From positions 26,696,132 to 26,760,131 of the forward strand of contig NC_044044.1 of the NCBI RefSeq assembly GCF_901765095.1: 64,000 nucleotides of DNA, read 5' to 3'. The notes beneath the pieces were generated by a model, which searched no databases, was not told where the DNA came from, and saw nothing but the letters and a program-made list of their open reading frames with translations. This DNA is from Microcaecilia unicolor (lineage: Eukaryota). Position 1 is the stretch's first letter, and each line of letters starts with the position of its first letter. Of this stretch, positions 12,561-24,299 are shown in pieces. The position numbers were made by a program, and so were the translations under genes.

Positions 12561-12814
12561 CGTTTATATGTTTGATAGGGATTGCAGGATATTAATAAAG
12601 AGAATGAAAGTTACGTTTAGCGGAATAACAAAAGTGATAGGTAGGTAGGGAAGGACAGGGGTGAAGGAGTAGGAGAGGGGTAAGCAAGGGCAGAAGAGGC
12701 AGAAGGGGGATGGGTACAGGATAAGCAAATGGAAGTTTGGTTGGAAAGATAGCCAAGGTCATCGTCGTCATCTCCTGGATATGTGATGGGTAGTAGGATT
12801 CATAGAACTAGTTT

Positions 12815-12996
12815 ATTTTTGTTACATTTGTACCCCGCGCTTTCCCACTCATGGCAGGCTCAATGTGGCGGGCAATGGAGGGTTAAGTGACTGGCCCAGA
12901 GTCACAAGGAGCTGCCTGTGCCGGGAATCGAACTCAGTTCCTCAGTTCCCCAGGACCAACGTCCACCACCCTAACCACTAGGTCACTCCTCCACTG
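12815..12996 (-). mobile_element. tRNA-derived SINE (minus orientation)
   Basis: Reverse complement of SINE head plus body (...gggttaagtgactggcccagagtcacaaggagctg...gggaatcgaactcag...). Confidence 0.75.
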
Positions 12997-13360
12997 TTGC
13001 TACTATTTGAGATTCTACATGGAATGTTGCTATTCCACTAGCAACATTCCATGTAGAAGTCGGCCCTTGCAGATCATCAACGTGGCCGCGCAGGCTTCTG
13101 TTTCTGTGAGTCTGACGTCCTGCACGTACGTGCAGGATGTCAGACTCACAGAAACAGAAGCCTGCGCAGCCTTCTACATGGAATGTTGCTAGTGGAATAG
13201 CAACATTCCATGTAGAATCTCCAATAGTAGCAACATTCCATGTAGAATCTCCAATAGTAGCAACATTCCACGTAGAATCTCCAGTAGTAGCAACATTCCA
13301 TGTAGAATCTCCAATAGTTGCAACATTCCATGTAGAATCTCCAATAGTATCTATTTTATT
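12990..13360. repeat. Repeat with about 90-bp perfect hairpin core (13081-13170) flanked by inverted (caacattccatgtagaat)n tandem units
   Basis: gcaggcttctgtttctgtgagtctgacgtcctgcacgtacgtgcaggatgtcagactcacagaaacagaagcctgc is self-complementary. Near-identical core at 34118-34203. Confidence 0.8.
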
Positions 13361-13550
13361 TTTGTTACATTTGTACCCTGCGCTTTCCCACTCATGGCAG
13401 GCTCAATGCGGCTTACATGGGGCAATGGAGGGTTAAGTGACTTGCCCAGAGTCACAAGGAGCTGCCTGTGCCGGGAATCAAACTCAGTTCCTCAGTTCCC
13501 CAGGACCAAAGTCCACCACCCTAACCACTAGGCCACTCCTCCACTCATTA
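13345..13550 (-). mobile_element. tRNA-derived SINE (minus orientation)
   Basis: Same family as 12815-12996. Confidence 0.75.
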
Positions 13551-14204
13551 GGCTATGCTTGCTTGAACCGGTGGGTTTTTAGTGATTTCCAGAAGGATAA
13601 ATAGCCACTTATTGATCTGATAGGTCTTGGGAGGGCATTCCAGATATATGACCTCTGTGGTCTCTGATGGCCCTTTAAAACGGAAAAGCACACACAAAAA
13701 AAAACTTTTTAAAGACTGTTCAAACTCCTGTTTGTATTTGTGTAATGAATAATGATACGCTGTGTGGGATTCACTGGTATTGGCCATCCCAATATTTTAA
13801 CCATCCCCTGTGCAGTGGGAAGCTGGAGACTTCCTGGAGCCCATAGGAATGAGGCTTGCCATCAAGCTGATGCAGGTAAAGCATGAATACAGCACAGACA
13901 GCTGCACAGTGGATTGTCAGCGCATTTAAAAGGATACCTGCCTTAAAAAAAAAAGGAGACTTAAAAGAAAGAACCTGAATGAAGAAACAAACTCCTATGA
14001 CTCTGTATCATAAAAATGCAGGTTCCCCCCCCCCCCCCCCCAAATGAAAAACAGTTTGTAGTGCATTGCTGCCCTCCTGTAGTCATGCTCTGTAGTGCAG
14101 TGGCTCATCTCCAGCCCACTGAATTTCACTTTCCTGCCGCTAAAGCATAAACCACAAATTCTGTTCAGCTGTTTCAAAACTCTCCGATCTGCTTTTGTTC
14201 TCAC

Positions 14205-14341
14205 CTGCACCGTATCCGATGCTCTCGCCTCACTCCAAACCACCATGTCTCCCCAGTCGCTGGCGGACACAGCTAACTCTCCATCGGGAGACCACGCAAC
14301 TGCGGTGACAGCTCCACGATGCTGCCGGGCGATGCAGCCTC
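14205..14341 (-). CDS. TEP1: TEP1 exon e46 (GCIARQHRGAVTAVAWSPDGELAVSASDWGDMVVWSEARASDTVQ)
   Basis: Matches human TCIPRSSAAVTAVAWAPDGSMAVSGNQAGELILWQEAKAVATAQ. Confidence 0.9.
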
Positions 14342-14418
14342 CTGTGGAATAAATCCCATCATCAAAAGGCAAGAAGAATTCCAGAGCGGTATATAAACTT
14401 CTAAATGTCAAAAAAAAT

Positions 14419-15135
14419 ATGTCACGCTTCTTGCCTAACAAAGAGAAAATTACACTTATGCTTCTGAATGAACAAGTTGGATCCTACCTGTCCCAGGCTT
14501 TTTTCTTCACTCAACATGTAATTAAACTCTGGAATTCGTTGCCAAAGAATGTGGTAAAGGCGGTTAGCTTAGCAGGGTTTAAAAAAAAAAAGGTCTGGGC
14601 GGCTTCCTAAACGTCCATAGACCATTATTAAATTGACGGGGAAAATTCACTGCTTATTTCTGGGCTAAGCAGCATACAATGTATTGAGCTTTTCTGGGAT
14701 CTTGCCTGGATTGGCCACTGTTGGAAACAGGACGCTGGGCTTGATGGACCTTTGGTCTGTCCCAGTATGGCAACACTTATGTACTTGGGATTCTGAATGG
14801 AATCTTGCTACTCTTTGGGGTTCTACGTGGAATGTTGCTACACTTTGAAATTCTGCATGGAATCTTGTTATTCTTTAGAATTCTAGAACCTTGCTACTCT
14901 TTGGGGTTCTACGTGGAATGTTGCTACACTTTGAAATTCTGCATGGAATCTTGTTCTTCTTTAGAATTCTAGAACCTTGCTACTCTTTGGGGTTCTGCCA
15001 GGTACTTGTGACCTGGATTGGCCACTGTTGGAAACAGGATGCTGGGCTTGATGGACCTTTGGTCTGTCCCAGTGTGGCAGCACTTATGTACTTTATCCCT
15101 CACTTTCCCACCGCTGAGGATCTTTTGCGCCTATC
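14419..15135 (+). mobile_element. CR1-like LINE 3' end (RT C-terminus ...FFTQHVIKLWNSLPKNVVKAVSLAGFKK) plus 3' tail with about 30-bp tandem repeats
   Basis: ORF fragment homologous to other copies in the window. Conserved tail ccaggtacttgtgacctggattggccactgttggaaacaggatgctgggcttgatggacc. Confidence 0.8.
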
Positions 15136-15870
15136 ATAAGTACATAAGTATCGCCATGCTGGGACAGACCAAGGGTCCACTGAGCCCAGCACCCTGTCAC
15201 CAACAGCAGCCAAAAGAACAAGCAATTTGTCCCATCCATCCTAGAAATACTGTATTATTCCCTCGTTCATTCAATAACATTCTATGGCTTTTTCCTCCAG
15301 GAAGCCGTTCAACCCTTTTTTTGAAGTCCGCTAAGTTAACCGCCTTAACCACCTTTTCCGGCAGCGAATTCCAGAGTTTAACTACGCGTTGAGATTGAAG
15401 AAAACTTTCCTCCGATTCGTTTTAAATTTACCACACTGCAGCTTCATCGCATGCCTTGTCCTAGTATTTTTGGAAAGCGTAAACAGACGCTCCACATCGA
15501 CCCATTCCATTCCACTCATTATCTTATAGACCTGTATCATATCTCCCCTCGGCCGCCTTTTCTCCAAGCTGAAGACCCCCAGCCTCTTCAGTCTATCCTC
15601 ATAGGGAAGTCGTCCCATCCCCTGTATCATCTTTGTCGCCCTTCTCTGCACCTTTTCCAATTCCACTATGTCTTTTTTGAGGTGCGGCGACCAGAATTGA
15701 ACACAATACTCGAGGTGCGGTCGCACCATGGAGCGATACAACGGCAGAATAATATCCTCATTTTTGTTTTCAATCCCTTTCCTAATGATACCCAACATTC
15801 TATTTGCTTTCCTAGCCGCAGCAGCACATTGAGTAGAAGTTTTCAACGTATCATCAACGACGACACCTAG
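15120..15870 (-). mobile_element. CR1-like LINE 3' fragment (minus orientation)
   Basis: ORF 15382-15846 encodes ...MIQVYKIMSGMEWVDVERLFTLSKNTRTRHAMKLQCGKFKTNRRKVFF, followed by the tail. Confidence 0.8.
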
Positions 15871-16039
15871 ACCCCTGGCTTTTACCCTCTCTCCCCCACT
15901 GCTGAAGATCCTCTGTTCCTCTCCTATGCTTTAGCTCTCTTATCACGGAGTCTCTGGATTTTTCCATCATCTGTCTCCTTGTTTGTAGGGCAAACAGAGT
16001 TTGAGGATCCCTCCTCCCTCCTGAATGCAACATTTTTAC

Positions 16040-16172
16040 CTTCGTATGGGGGCAGTGGCCACAGCCTAAGGGTGCAATCTCTGGCCACAGTAAGGAAGGA
16101 AGGCACATCCCAGGCGGCAGCGGCCGCACACACGCCGGCGCTGTGACCTGTTAACGTCGCCACCTGCTCCAC
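16040..16172 (-). CDS. TEP1: TEP1 exon e45 (VEQVATLTGHSAGVCAAAAAWDVPSFLTVARDCTLRLWPLPPYE)
   Basis: Matches human VCQTHTLLGHSGPVRAAAVSETSGLMLTASEDGSVRLWQVPKE. Confidence 0.85.
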
Positions 16173-16503
16173 CTGTAAATAGAGGGATATTAAGGCACCA
16201 GTTAAATGAAGGCATGGTCCGCGTGTCCGCAAAATTGACAACTGTCAGCAAATTTCAGGTCCTGTAAATGCTGACCAAAAAAAAAAAATCTCTCCCCATT
16301 CCCCAGAGCATTCTGTGCAGTTTGGGAGACCTGCAGCGCTGTGAGCGTGTGGGTGACAGAAAAACAAAATCGATTATCTGCGCTGGTGCTTCTGCATGGC
16401 CCTGTTTCAAGAGGCGGTGAAAGCAGAGAAAGATAAAAGTCAGAGAACAGTAATTATTATAAATATTGAAATAGATGCAGTACGTTGACAGCATTGCACT
16501 CAC

Positions 16504-16577
16504 CAGCAGGGGGCTCCACAGCTTGCAGCTTCCGTCAGCTCCGGCTGTAATGACCTGGAGGTCAGACTCGCTCCTTC
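16504..16577 (-). CDS. TEP1: TEP1 exon e44 (RSESDLQVITAGADGSCKLWSPLL)
   Basis: Matches human QPGSELLVVTVGLDGATRLWHPLL. Donor GTGAGT. Confidence 0.8.
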
Positions 16578-17066
16578 CTGCCATGGAGAGTGAAGGGGGG
16601 AAAAACATTAAGGCATCATGTGCTGAAGAGCCACAGCCACAGATAAAGCATGTCTGTGAAGAAGTGGGAGAGGGAGGGCATCTCACAGAGAGAAAGCATC
16701 CATTCCCCCCCCCCCCCCCATTCGCCATACCCAGTAGCATCTCACATCTGAATCCCATTAAAAAAAAAGCACCAAAAATCTCCTTCCCACCTTATGGCTG
16801 TGCCCCCTCAGCACTCAAAACACTGACTTGTCAGCTCTTGAGGGCAGGGATTTTTCTTACACAACCCTTTATTTACCGAGAGAGACAAAAGAATCAGCAG
16901 GATGAAAACTCCCTTTCAATCCATCTCCCCCCTACTCCAGGTCTAGGTTCTGTTCCCTTGAGGTCCTGGCGCATTAATTATGCAAAATTTGATTTTTTTC
17001 CACATCAAGCCTCTCTGGGTCTTTCCACTGCTTAGGGGGAATGGATGACATCGCTCGCAGCCTCAC

Positions 17067-17193
17067 CCGGGGTGCAGGCAGAGATGCACTGATTGATCTG
17101 GCTGCAGTGAGCTGGGATGCTGGTCAGTTCCACCCCGTCCTGGTTCCACACCTTCAGGACTCCGTCTCTGCTGGCTGACACCACCTGGTCCCC
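17067..17193 (-). CDS. TEP1: TEP1 exon e43 (GDQVVSASRDGVLKVWNQDGVELTSIPAHCSQINQCISACTP)
   Basis: Matches human EEHVVSVSRDGTLKVWDHQGVELTSIPAHSGPISHCAAAMEP. Confidence 0.9.
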
Positions 17194-17519
17194 CTGCGGG
17201 AACGAAACAAGGAATCAGGAACGGGGTAGGTAGGAGGGTTAAAAAAAACAATTCCCAATTCACAGTCCCATTTGACCAATACACCTGCTTTTACGAAGTA
17301 GTAAATTACTATATACTTAATATTACTAAGTTTTAACCAGGGCTAGATAAGTGGTTTGGATGAAGCAAGACTGGGGTTTGACCTATTGGCTCTTTATAAG
17401 ATAAACTCAAGAGGAAAATATTAAACTACAGAAATATACAGCTGCAGGACACAACAACAGCCAGGAGATGGCAGTGTGAATTTCAGGCAAGGAAGCAGAG
17501 GAGTGTGGTAGCCGTGTTA

Positions 17520-18240
17520 GTCCACTCTTAAGGTTATCAATAGAAATCAAACAAAATAAAACATGGAAAAGAAAATAAGATGACACCTTTTTTATTGAAC
17601 ATAACTTAATACATTTCTTGATTAGCTTTCGAAGGTTGCCCTTCTTCGTCAGATCGGAAATAAGCAAATGTGCTAGCTGACAGTGTATATAAGTGAAAAC
17701 ATTCAAGCATTACTATGACAGTCTGACAGGTCAGCATTTTACAGGACCAGGACACTGTACCAGTGACTTCACAGTGAGAATCCTGAAAGGTAACTTTAAA
17801 ACCATACAAGAACGTAAGACCTTTGAAGTCAGAATGATTGAATATTTTAACACCCAACAGAAAGGACTTAACAAGGATCTGGGGTTCTTAGCCCATTATA
17901 AACCATAAAGATGTATGTTGATCACCCTCCCCTCACCTATCCACACCCATCCTGTTAGAATATCAATGATATGCTTTGATGTCCCCATGCATACCTCCGA
18001 CCCACCCCCATCCTCCCACCCTGTCAGACTGTCATAGTAATGCTTGAATGTTTTCACTTATATACACTGTCAGCTAGCACATTTGCTTATTTCCAGTCTG
18101 ACGAAGGGCGACCTTTGAAAGCTAATCAAGAAATGTATTAAGTTATGTCCAATAAAAAAGGTATAATCTTATTTTCTTTTCCATGTTTTATTTTGTTTGA
18201 TTTCTATTGATAAGGCAAGGAAGCACAAATCCCTATCGCC
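17520..18240. repeat. Inverted-repeat element (arms about 17520-17730 and about 18030-18240, spacer about 300 bp); related foldback at 31700-31990
   Basis: Arm ...tcagatcggaaataagcaaatgtgctagctgacagtgtatataagtgaaaacattcaagcattactatgacagtctgacagg and its reverse complement. Confidence 0.75.
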
Positions 18241-18720
18241 ATCCCCATCCCCACATAAGTATTGCCATACTGGGAAAGACCAAAGGTCCATCGAGCCCAG
18301 CATCCTGTTTCCAACAGTGGCCAATCCAGGTCACAAATACCTGGCAAGATCCCAAAAATGTAGAACACATTTTATACTGCTTATCCCAGAAATAGTGGAT
18401 TTCCCCCAAGTCCATTTAATAACGGTCTATGGACTTTTCCGTTAGGAAGCCGTCCAAACCTTTTTAAAACTCCACTAAGCTAACCGCCATTACCACATTC
18501 TCTGGCAACGAATTCCAAAGTTTAATTGCACGTTGAGTGAAGAAAAGTTTTCTCCGATTCGTTTTAAATTTACTACATTGTAGCTTCATCACATGCCCCC
18601 TAGTCCTAGTATTTTTGGAAAGCGTGAACAGACGCTTCACATCTACCCGTTCAACTCCACTCATTATTTTATAGACCTCTATCATATCTCCCCTCAGTCG
18701 CCTTTTCTCCAAGCTGAAGA
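18200..18720 (-). mobile_element. CR1-like LINE 3' fragment
   Basis: ORF 18464-18712 encodes ...MIEVYKIMSGVERVDVKRLFTLSKNTRTRGHVMKLQCSKFKTNRRKLFFTQRAIKLWNSLPENVV, plus tail. Confidence 0.8.
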
Positions 18721-18900
18721 GCCCTAGCTGTTCTTGGAAAATTTGAATAAGACATGAGTTACTTTTAATAGAGACAGTGACCTAGAAAACAAGCCACAAA
18801 GGAACCTGGACACAGGGAATGTGGTGAGTGGAGGTTTTGCAGCTGTAGCAGCTGCACAGTTAGCATGGAGTTAATACATAAGATTCAATATTTTCCTTAC

Positions 18901-19008
18901 CACGGCGAGCACAGAGCTGACGGCGCTCTTGTGTCCTAGGAATTCCCGGAGGTGCTGGCCAGTCAGCGGATCCCAGAGACACACAGTGCAGTCACTGGAG
19001 CAGGAGAG
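18901..19008 (-). CDS. TEP1: TEP1 exon e42 (LSCSSDCTVCLWDPLTGQHLREFLGHKSAVSSVLAV)
   Basis: Matches human ISCSSDGSVGLWDPESGQRLGQFLGHQSAVSAVAAV. Confidence 0.9.
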
Positions 19009-19074
19009 CTGAGAAAGAGAGAGAGAGAGTGAAAGGGAAGAGAGAGATACCTGTTAGCCCATAATTATTCAGGA

Positions 19075-19570
19075 TGGGAGAGAACCACAGAGAGAAATCT
19101 TGGAGCCAAGATTCAGAACATAAGTGTTGCCATACTGGGACAGACCGAAGGTCCATCAAGTCCAGCATCCTGTTTCCAACAGTGGCCAATCCAAGTCACA
19201 AATACCTGGCAAGATCCCAAAGCAGAACAATACATTTTATGCTGCTTATCCTAGAAACATGCAGTGGATTTTCCCCCAAGTCCATCTTAATAATAGCTTA
19301 TGGACTTTTCTTTTAAAAAGCTATCCAAACCTTTTTTTAAACCCTGCTAAGCTAACTGCTTTTATTACATTCTCCGGCAACTAATTCCAACGTTTAATTA
19401 CACAATGAGTGAGGAAATAGTTTATCTGATTTGTTTTAAATTTACCACTTAGTAGCTTCTTTGTGTGCCCTCTAGTCCTAGTATTTTTGGAAACAGTAAA
19501 CAAGCGATTCACATCTACCCGTTCCACTCCACCCATTATTTTATAGACCTCTATCATATCTCCCCTCAGC
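19075..19570 (-). mobile_element. CR1-like LINE 3' fragment
   Basis: Tail and RT-end nucleotide homology to the other copies. Confidence 0.7.
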
Positions 19571-19679
19571 CGCCACTGGCCACATTAAACTTCTAAAAAG
19601 CCTCAGTACGGCCTTGAATGGAAAAATTATAGGGGCAGGCTTATGAACCTCAACATGTATATGCTGGGAGAGAGGAGAC

Positions 19680-20000
19680 ATGATAGAAACGTTTAAATAT
19701 CTCAAGGGCATTTATGTACAGGAAGAGAGCCTTTTTCAAACGAAGGAGAGCTCTGGAATGAGGGGGCATATGACAAAGTTAAGAGGGAATAGTCTTAGGA
19801 GTAACCTAAGGAAGTATTATTTCACAGAAAGGGTGGTGGAGGCGTGGAATGGCCTCCCGGTGGAGGTGGTGGAGTCGAGGACTGTTCATGGGATAAGCAT
19901 GTGGGATCGCTTAGGAACAGGAAGAATTAGGGGTTACAGAGGATGGGCAGACTGGATGGGTCATATGGCCTTTATCTGCCGTCATGTTTCTAGGTTTCTA
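19680..20000 (+). mobile_element. Second LINE family 3' fragment (...MIETFKYLKGIYVQEESLFQTKESSGMRGHMTKLRGNSLRSNLRKYYFTERVVEAWNGLPVEVVE)
   Basis: Typical non-LTR RT C-terminal tail ORF. The copy at 20270-20470 is a partial duplicate. Confidence 0.7.
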
Positions 20001-20269
20001 TTCCACCAATGCCTAAGAGCCAACCTCATCAGTGATGTCACAATGGCTCAATTGTCCAATTCTTGGCTTACTTTCCCCCCTTAGTGTGTTTCAGTCTCTG
20101 GTAACCAGAGCTGATATTGTGATGTCATAATGCCTCATTCCACCAATGCCTGAGCCAACCTCATCAGTGATGTCACAATGGCTCAATTGTCCAATTCTTG
20201 GCTTACTTTCCCCCCTTAGTGTGAAGAGTTTCAGTCTCTGGTAATCATATTGTGATGTCATAATGGGAA

Positions 20270-20470
20270 TAGGCTTAGGAGTAACCTAAGGAAGTATTAT
20301 TTCACAGAAAGGGTGGTGGAGGCGTGGAATGGCCTCCCGGTGGAGGTGGTGGAGTCGAGGACTGTTCATGGGATAAGCATGTGGGATCGCTTAGGAACAG
20401 GAAGAATTAGGGGTTATAGAGGACGGGCAGACTGGATGGGTCATATAGCCTTTATCTGCCGTCATGTTTC
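20270..20470 (+). mobile_element. Second LINE family 3' fragment (partial duplicate)
   Basis: Near-identical to 19790-19990. Confidence 0.7.
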
Positions 20471-20775
20471 TGTGTTTCTAGTATGGTACCACATACATTG
20501 AATTTTATTTGGATGCTGCTTCTTACTTTTCTCAATATTTTTGATTTTTATGTATTTATTTAAAACAGTTTTACAATTATAATCAAGCATAACTTGTTTG
20601 AAAAGCGATACATTTCCCACTTTAAATTTTTAAGAATACAATGTTGGTAAAGAAGAAGAAAATTTGAAAAAATCTCGCTCAAGTCCACATAAGTATCAAT
20701 ATTTTTGATTTAAAAAAATAAAAATCAGGAGGAAAGGACGCTAAGCACACTTTTTGAAACTTATTGTGCACTTAC

Positions 20776-20886
20776 GAGCTGGGAAGCTGCCATCCACGCA
20801 CAGCCAGTGACCCAGTCCCTGTGACATGCCACCATCTCTCGCATGAGACAGGGGGGTGAGGCAGAGACATCCCAGGACAGCAGGCT
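20776..20886 (-). CDS. TEP1: TEP1 exon e41 (SLLSWDVSASPPCLMREMVACHRDWVTGCAWMAASQL)
   Basis: Matches human SLLCWDVRTPKTPVLIHSFPACHRDWVTGCAWTKDNLL. Donor CTC|GTAAGT. Confidence 0.85.
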
Positions 20887-21003
20887 CTGAGAAAGAACAC
20901 GAGACCGTTAGAGGTGGCGAGAGAGGACTTGCCGATATCCCATCAGCACCCACCCTCTTAACCATTACACTGAGCAATTCACTTGAGGGATGGTTCTCAT
21001 TAC

Positions 21004-21164
21004 CCTGTCTTTGCTCCCAGTCGCCAGGTACCGTCCGTCAGGGCTGAAGGCGCAGCACGTGACCCCAGCAGTGTGACCACGCAACGCTGCAAGGGGGGAC
21101 CTGGGCCCCTCTGTCTGGTCAGACAGGGGCAAGGGGAGGGACCAGAGTAGAACAGAGCAGTCAT
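21004..21164 (-). CDS. TEP1: TEP1 exon e40, WD repeat (DCSVLLWSLPLPLSDQTEGPRSPLAALRGHTAGVTCCAFSPDGRYLATGSKDR)
   Basis: WD40 GH...WD-like unit. Donor AGG|GTAATG, phase 1 to 0. Confidence 0.8.
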
Positions 21165-21306
21165 CTGGAAAGGAGAGAAGTGGGATTGGGGGAAGAGAGA
21201 GAAAGAAAGATTAAGGAATGTTTCCCCAGTCACGAAGGGAAGATACTCTGAACATATATGAAGTAGCTACTCATGTCACTGACCCCTCCACCCTTCCAGG
21301 TCTCAC

Positions 21307-21519
21307 CTGAGGCAGAAGCCAGGACTCCGTTAGAGTAGGCCAAGGACAGTACAGCACCCTCATGGCCTTCACAGACACCCCAGCGCCTAGCTTTATGTAC
21401 CGAGACCTCCCAGAGACACACAGTCTTGTCTGACCCTCCAGTGGCCAGGAAGTCCTTCTGCAGCCAGAGAAGACTCAACACTGCCGCATCTGCAACGTCA
21501 CACTCCGCTGTCAGAAAGC
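21307..21519 (-). CDS. TEP1: TEP1 exon e39, WD repeats (FLTAECDVADAAVLSLLWLQKDFLATGGSDKTVCLWEV...CEGHEGAVLSLAYSNGVLASAS)
   Basis: Matches human QALDVAVSALAWLSPKVLVSGAEDGSLQGW...LRGHEGPVSCCSFSTDGGSLATGG. Confidence 0.8.
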
Positions 21520-21606
21520 CTGCAAGAGTAACAAGAGGGGGTGTGAGGGTACCAATCCCCAACACAAATCTCTGCACCACTACCCCCTTCCAGTCCCATC
21601 ACTCAC

Positions 21607-21760
21607 CGTCTTTGAGGCGGTAAATCTTCACAGACTCAGACTGGTGCCCAATGGCCAGTGAACTCCCCTCAGGACTGACGGAGGCAGACAGAGCTGGGGA
21701 CTTGCATTTGCTCCCATAAGACCTCCTCATCTGACCCAGGTGGCCGGACCATACCTGCAC
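21607..21760 (-). CDS. TEP1: TEP1 exon e38, WD repeat (VQVWSGHLGQMRRSYGSKCKSPALSASVSPEGSSLAIGHQSESVKIYRLKD)
   Basis: Matches human VQVWSGSLGRPRGHLGSLSLSPALSVALSPDGDRVAVGYRADGIRIYKISSG. First exon after the cavin-hosting intron, with phases continuous across it. Confidence 0.85.
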
Positions 21761-21934
21761 CTGTTTGACACAGAGAATTCAGGATAGCTTCCTCCAGCGA
21801 GTAATAACAGAAGGGAAATCATTGGCAGAGCTGGAGACTAGAACTGGAGCACAAACTCCCCCCCACGGTCATCCACAGAAAGCCACTGATAAAGCCGGGG
21901 ATTACAACTGAGGCACTGGGTCCTAGAATCAGTG

Positions 21935-22248
21935 GGCGTAGGAAGGGGGGGAGGGGCGGTCCGCCCTGGGTGCATGCGCTGGGGTGGGTGTCGGCCCCGC
22001 TGGTTCCCTGCTCCCTCTGCCCCGGAACAGGTTACTTCCTGTTCCGGGGCAGAGAGAGCAGGGAACCAGCAGAGCCGACGCAGCTCCGAGCGACGTGCAC
22101 TTGGGGCGGATCGGCCCTCCCGCCCATCCCCCACAAGTAAGAATGCGCTCCCGGGGGGGGGGGGGGGGTCGCTCCGAAGGGGGGTGCGACCCGCCCCGGG
22201 TGTCAGCCGCCCTCGCTATGGCACTGCCTAGAATGACTCCCACCAAAA
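21935..22248. mobile_element. MITE-like element with TIR (agtgggcgtagg...gctatggcactgcc), GC-rich palindromic interior
   Basis: Terminal inverted repeat plus internal long palindrome centred at about 22030. Confidence 0.6.
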
Positions 22249-22399
22249 TTCACTGACAAGAGCCGAGGATTAGAACTGAGGCACAGGGTCCTAGAATGAC
22301 TCCCGCAGAAAGTGAGTGACAGAGCCAGGGATTACAACTGAGGCACAGAGAGGTACAGCATGTCCCCCTGGGTCAAACAGAGTCAGTGACAGAACCGGG

Positions 22400-23025
22400 G
22401 ATTAGACCCCAGGTACAGGGAGATCCACTCAAAGTCAGCAGTAAATGCATCCAGCTGCAAACCCCTGGCTCCAGTCCAGTCAAACCAAAGACATTCCCTT
22501 TAAGCAGGAGTCAAATATATGCAAGTATGTACATCCCTTCCTCCCCCCCCCTCCCCCATGGAAGGAGTTCTGATATCAGGCAGCAATGCAGGACCCAATA
22601 CTGGCCAGCTTCCCTCTACTGGTTAGGAGAGAGAGAGAAAGAAGAGAGACTGAGCCCACTCCCTTCAACTCCTTTTATAAGGAGTGGGGACAGACTCTCC
22701 CCCCCCCACCCCTGAGACTTCCACAGGCCCCCTGCTACATGTGCATCTGAGGCACCAGCCCTCTGATGCCAGTGGTTCAGCCTGCCCTGATAAATACTTC
22801 AGCTGTGTTTATGCAGCACAGGGTAAATCCCTCCTTCCGCAGGAATGCGGCTGCCCAGGGAAAGGAGGAGGGGGGCCGGCCTCCTCTCCTTCCCTGCCTG
22901 GCTCCCATGTAAAGGGTGGAGCTCCTGCCAAACAGCCAAATTCCTCCAGAGCAAAAGGGAACTTGAGAGCTTCCTAGTCGAAGTAGACAGAACCCCAAAG
23001 CAGAGAGCACCCTCCTTCTGGCGTC
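22400..23025 (+). promoter_or_regulatory. Putative cavin promoter and 5' UTR
   Basis: Immediately upstream of the cavin ATG. Locally GC-rich with poly-C/poly-G tracts. No experimental support. Confidence 0.3.
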
Positions 23026-23472
23026 ATGGGGGAAGGGGACCTCCAAATTTCGGAAGCAGGGAGCCAGCAGGCTCCAAGTGCAAATCCCACCCAGGGTGAA
23101 GCAGCTCAGGGGGCTGCGCCCATCTCAGGGGAGCACAAGGGTCCTGTAAATGCACTTACGGTGCTGGCCCTGCTGGAGAAACTGGAGGAGATGCTGGGCA
23201 AAGTGGAGGAGACCCAGGTGCGGATGGAGAACCGGCAGAGGAACCTGGGCAACAGCGTGCGCAAGGTCCAAGGGGAGATGGCCAAGCTAGGCCGCAGCCA
23301 GAACAGCACCAGCAACGCCGTCAGCAAGCTGCTGCAGGGGTCACGGCAGGTCAGCGCCGCGGTCCGAGATGCCAGCCTGCGGACAGAGCGCAGGAGAGAA
23401 GGGGTGGACCGGCTGGAGAGGATCCACAGCGAAATCCTCAGGAAGAACCAGTTCAATGTTCTGCTTTATCAG
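23026..23472 (+). CDS. CAVIN2: Cavin-family gene exon 1 (MGEGDLQISEAG...VNALTVLALLEKLEEMLGKVEETQVRMENRQ...TSNAVSKLLQGSRQVSAA...LRKNQFNVLLYQ)
   Basis: Conserved cavin N-terminal helical region (compare cavin-2 VNAVTVLTLLDKL...TSNTVSKLLEKSRKVSAH...RRNHFKVLIFQ). ATG at 23026 with an MGE start as in cavin-2. Donor CAG|GTGAGG at 23472. Paralog assignment (cavin-2/SDPR) is tentative and from memory. Confidence 0.8.
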
Positions 23473-24299
23473 GTGAGGACGGACCAGAACCATTGCACAG
23501 GGCCAATGTACAGCACAGGAAGCAGGGAAGGTTCTAGCCTTAATGTAAGGAGATAAGGGTAACTGGTGTATGGGAGAAAGTGAAGGGAGGGGACAGTTTA
23601 TCATTAATATATAAAGTGCATGGGGGAGAATGATGGTAGGAATTGTTTTATCCATTACATAAAGTTATATAGTCTAAGTCGCATATGAGGAACAGTTAGA
23701 GGAGGGGTGTTTTATTCTTAATATAAAGCTATACAGTTTAAGTTAAGGAGAAAATACAAAATGTCCCCTATACACAAGTTACACGTTGTAACTGAATAGA
23801 GAGCCTCAGAACATTTCCGTTCATGGAAACTTTTAAGGAGAGGCTGCAGAATTGCCGGATTCATCTTTCACCTCCTTAAGGCAGGAAAAGTCTAAGTTTG
23901 GTGGTGCCAGAGGAACTGAACGCTGAGAATGTGAGGCCTGCAGATGTGAATGAGTCATAGAGACCGGGTTGGGCCGCACCCAGGGACAGATTGCCAGCAC
24001 CACTCCCTCCTTGTCTGCACCCTTCCACCCTCCACCATCCCCTGTCTCTCTCTCTTCTCCCTCCCCATGTGTCTCTCTGTTTCATCTAATTCTACTTTCC
24101 TGTTTAAAAATAAGATTTTAACATAAGCCCTTGGGGAGCCTGGAGTTTCCCTCTGGTTTTTTTTTTTTTTGGGGTAGGATGGCATCAAAGCATCACAGAA
24201 TATTAATGAGTGCCCTGGTGTGGGGTGTGCTCCCATGCCCCCTCCCCCTTTCTCCTCTTCCCCCACATTTCAAAATAAGGACTAACTTTACTGTAAAAG

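Noticed and set aside
15382-15846. 154-aa ORF and similar ORFs at 47932-48279, 58036-58305, 18464-18712, 36398-36646
   Set aside because: C-terminal ends of CR1-like LINE reverse transcriptase (…FFTQRVIKLWNSLPENVV…), i.e. mobile-element fragments, not host genes.
16475-17035. 186-aa plus-strand ORF
   Set aside because: Runs antisense through TEP1 exons e43-e44 and intron. No homology recognised. Most likely a chance antisense ORF.
23876-24266. ORFs between the cavin exons
   Set aside because: Intron sequence. The 24300-24884 ORF is a retroelement ORF2 tail (LDYCN...LHWLP motif), and the others are low-complexity.
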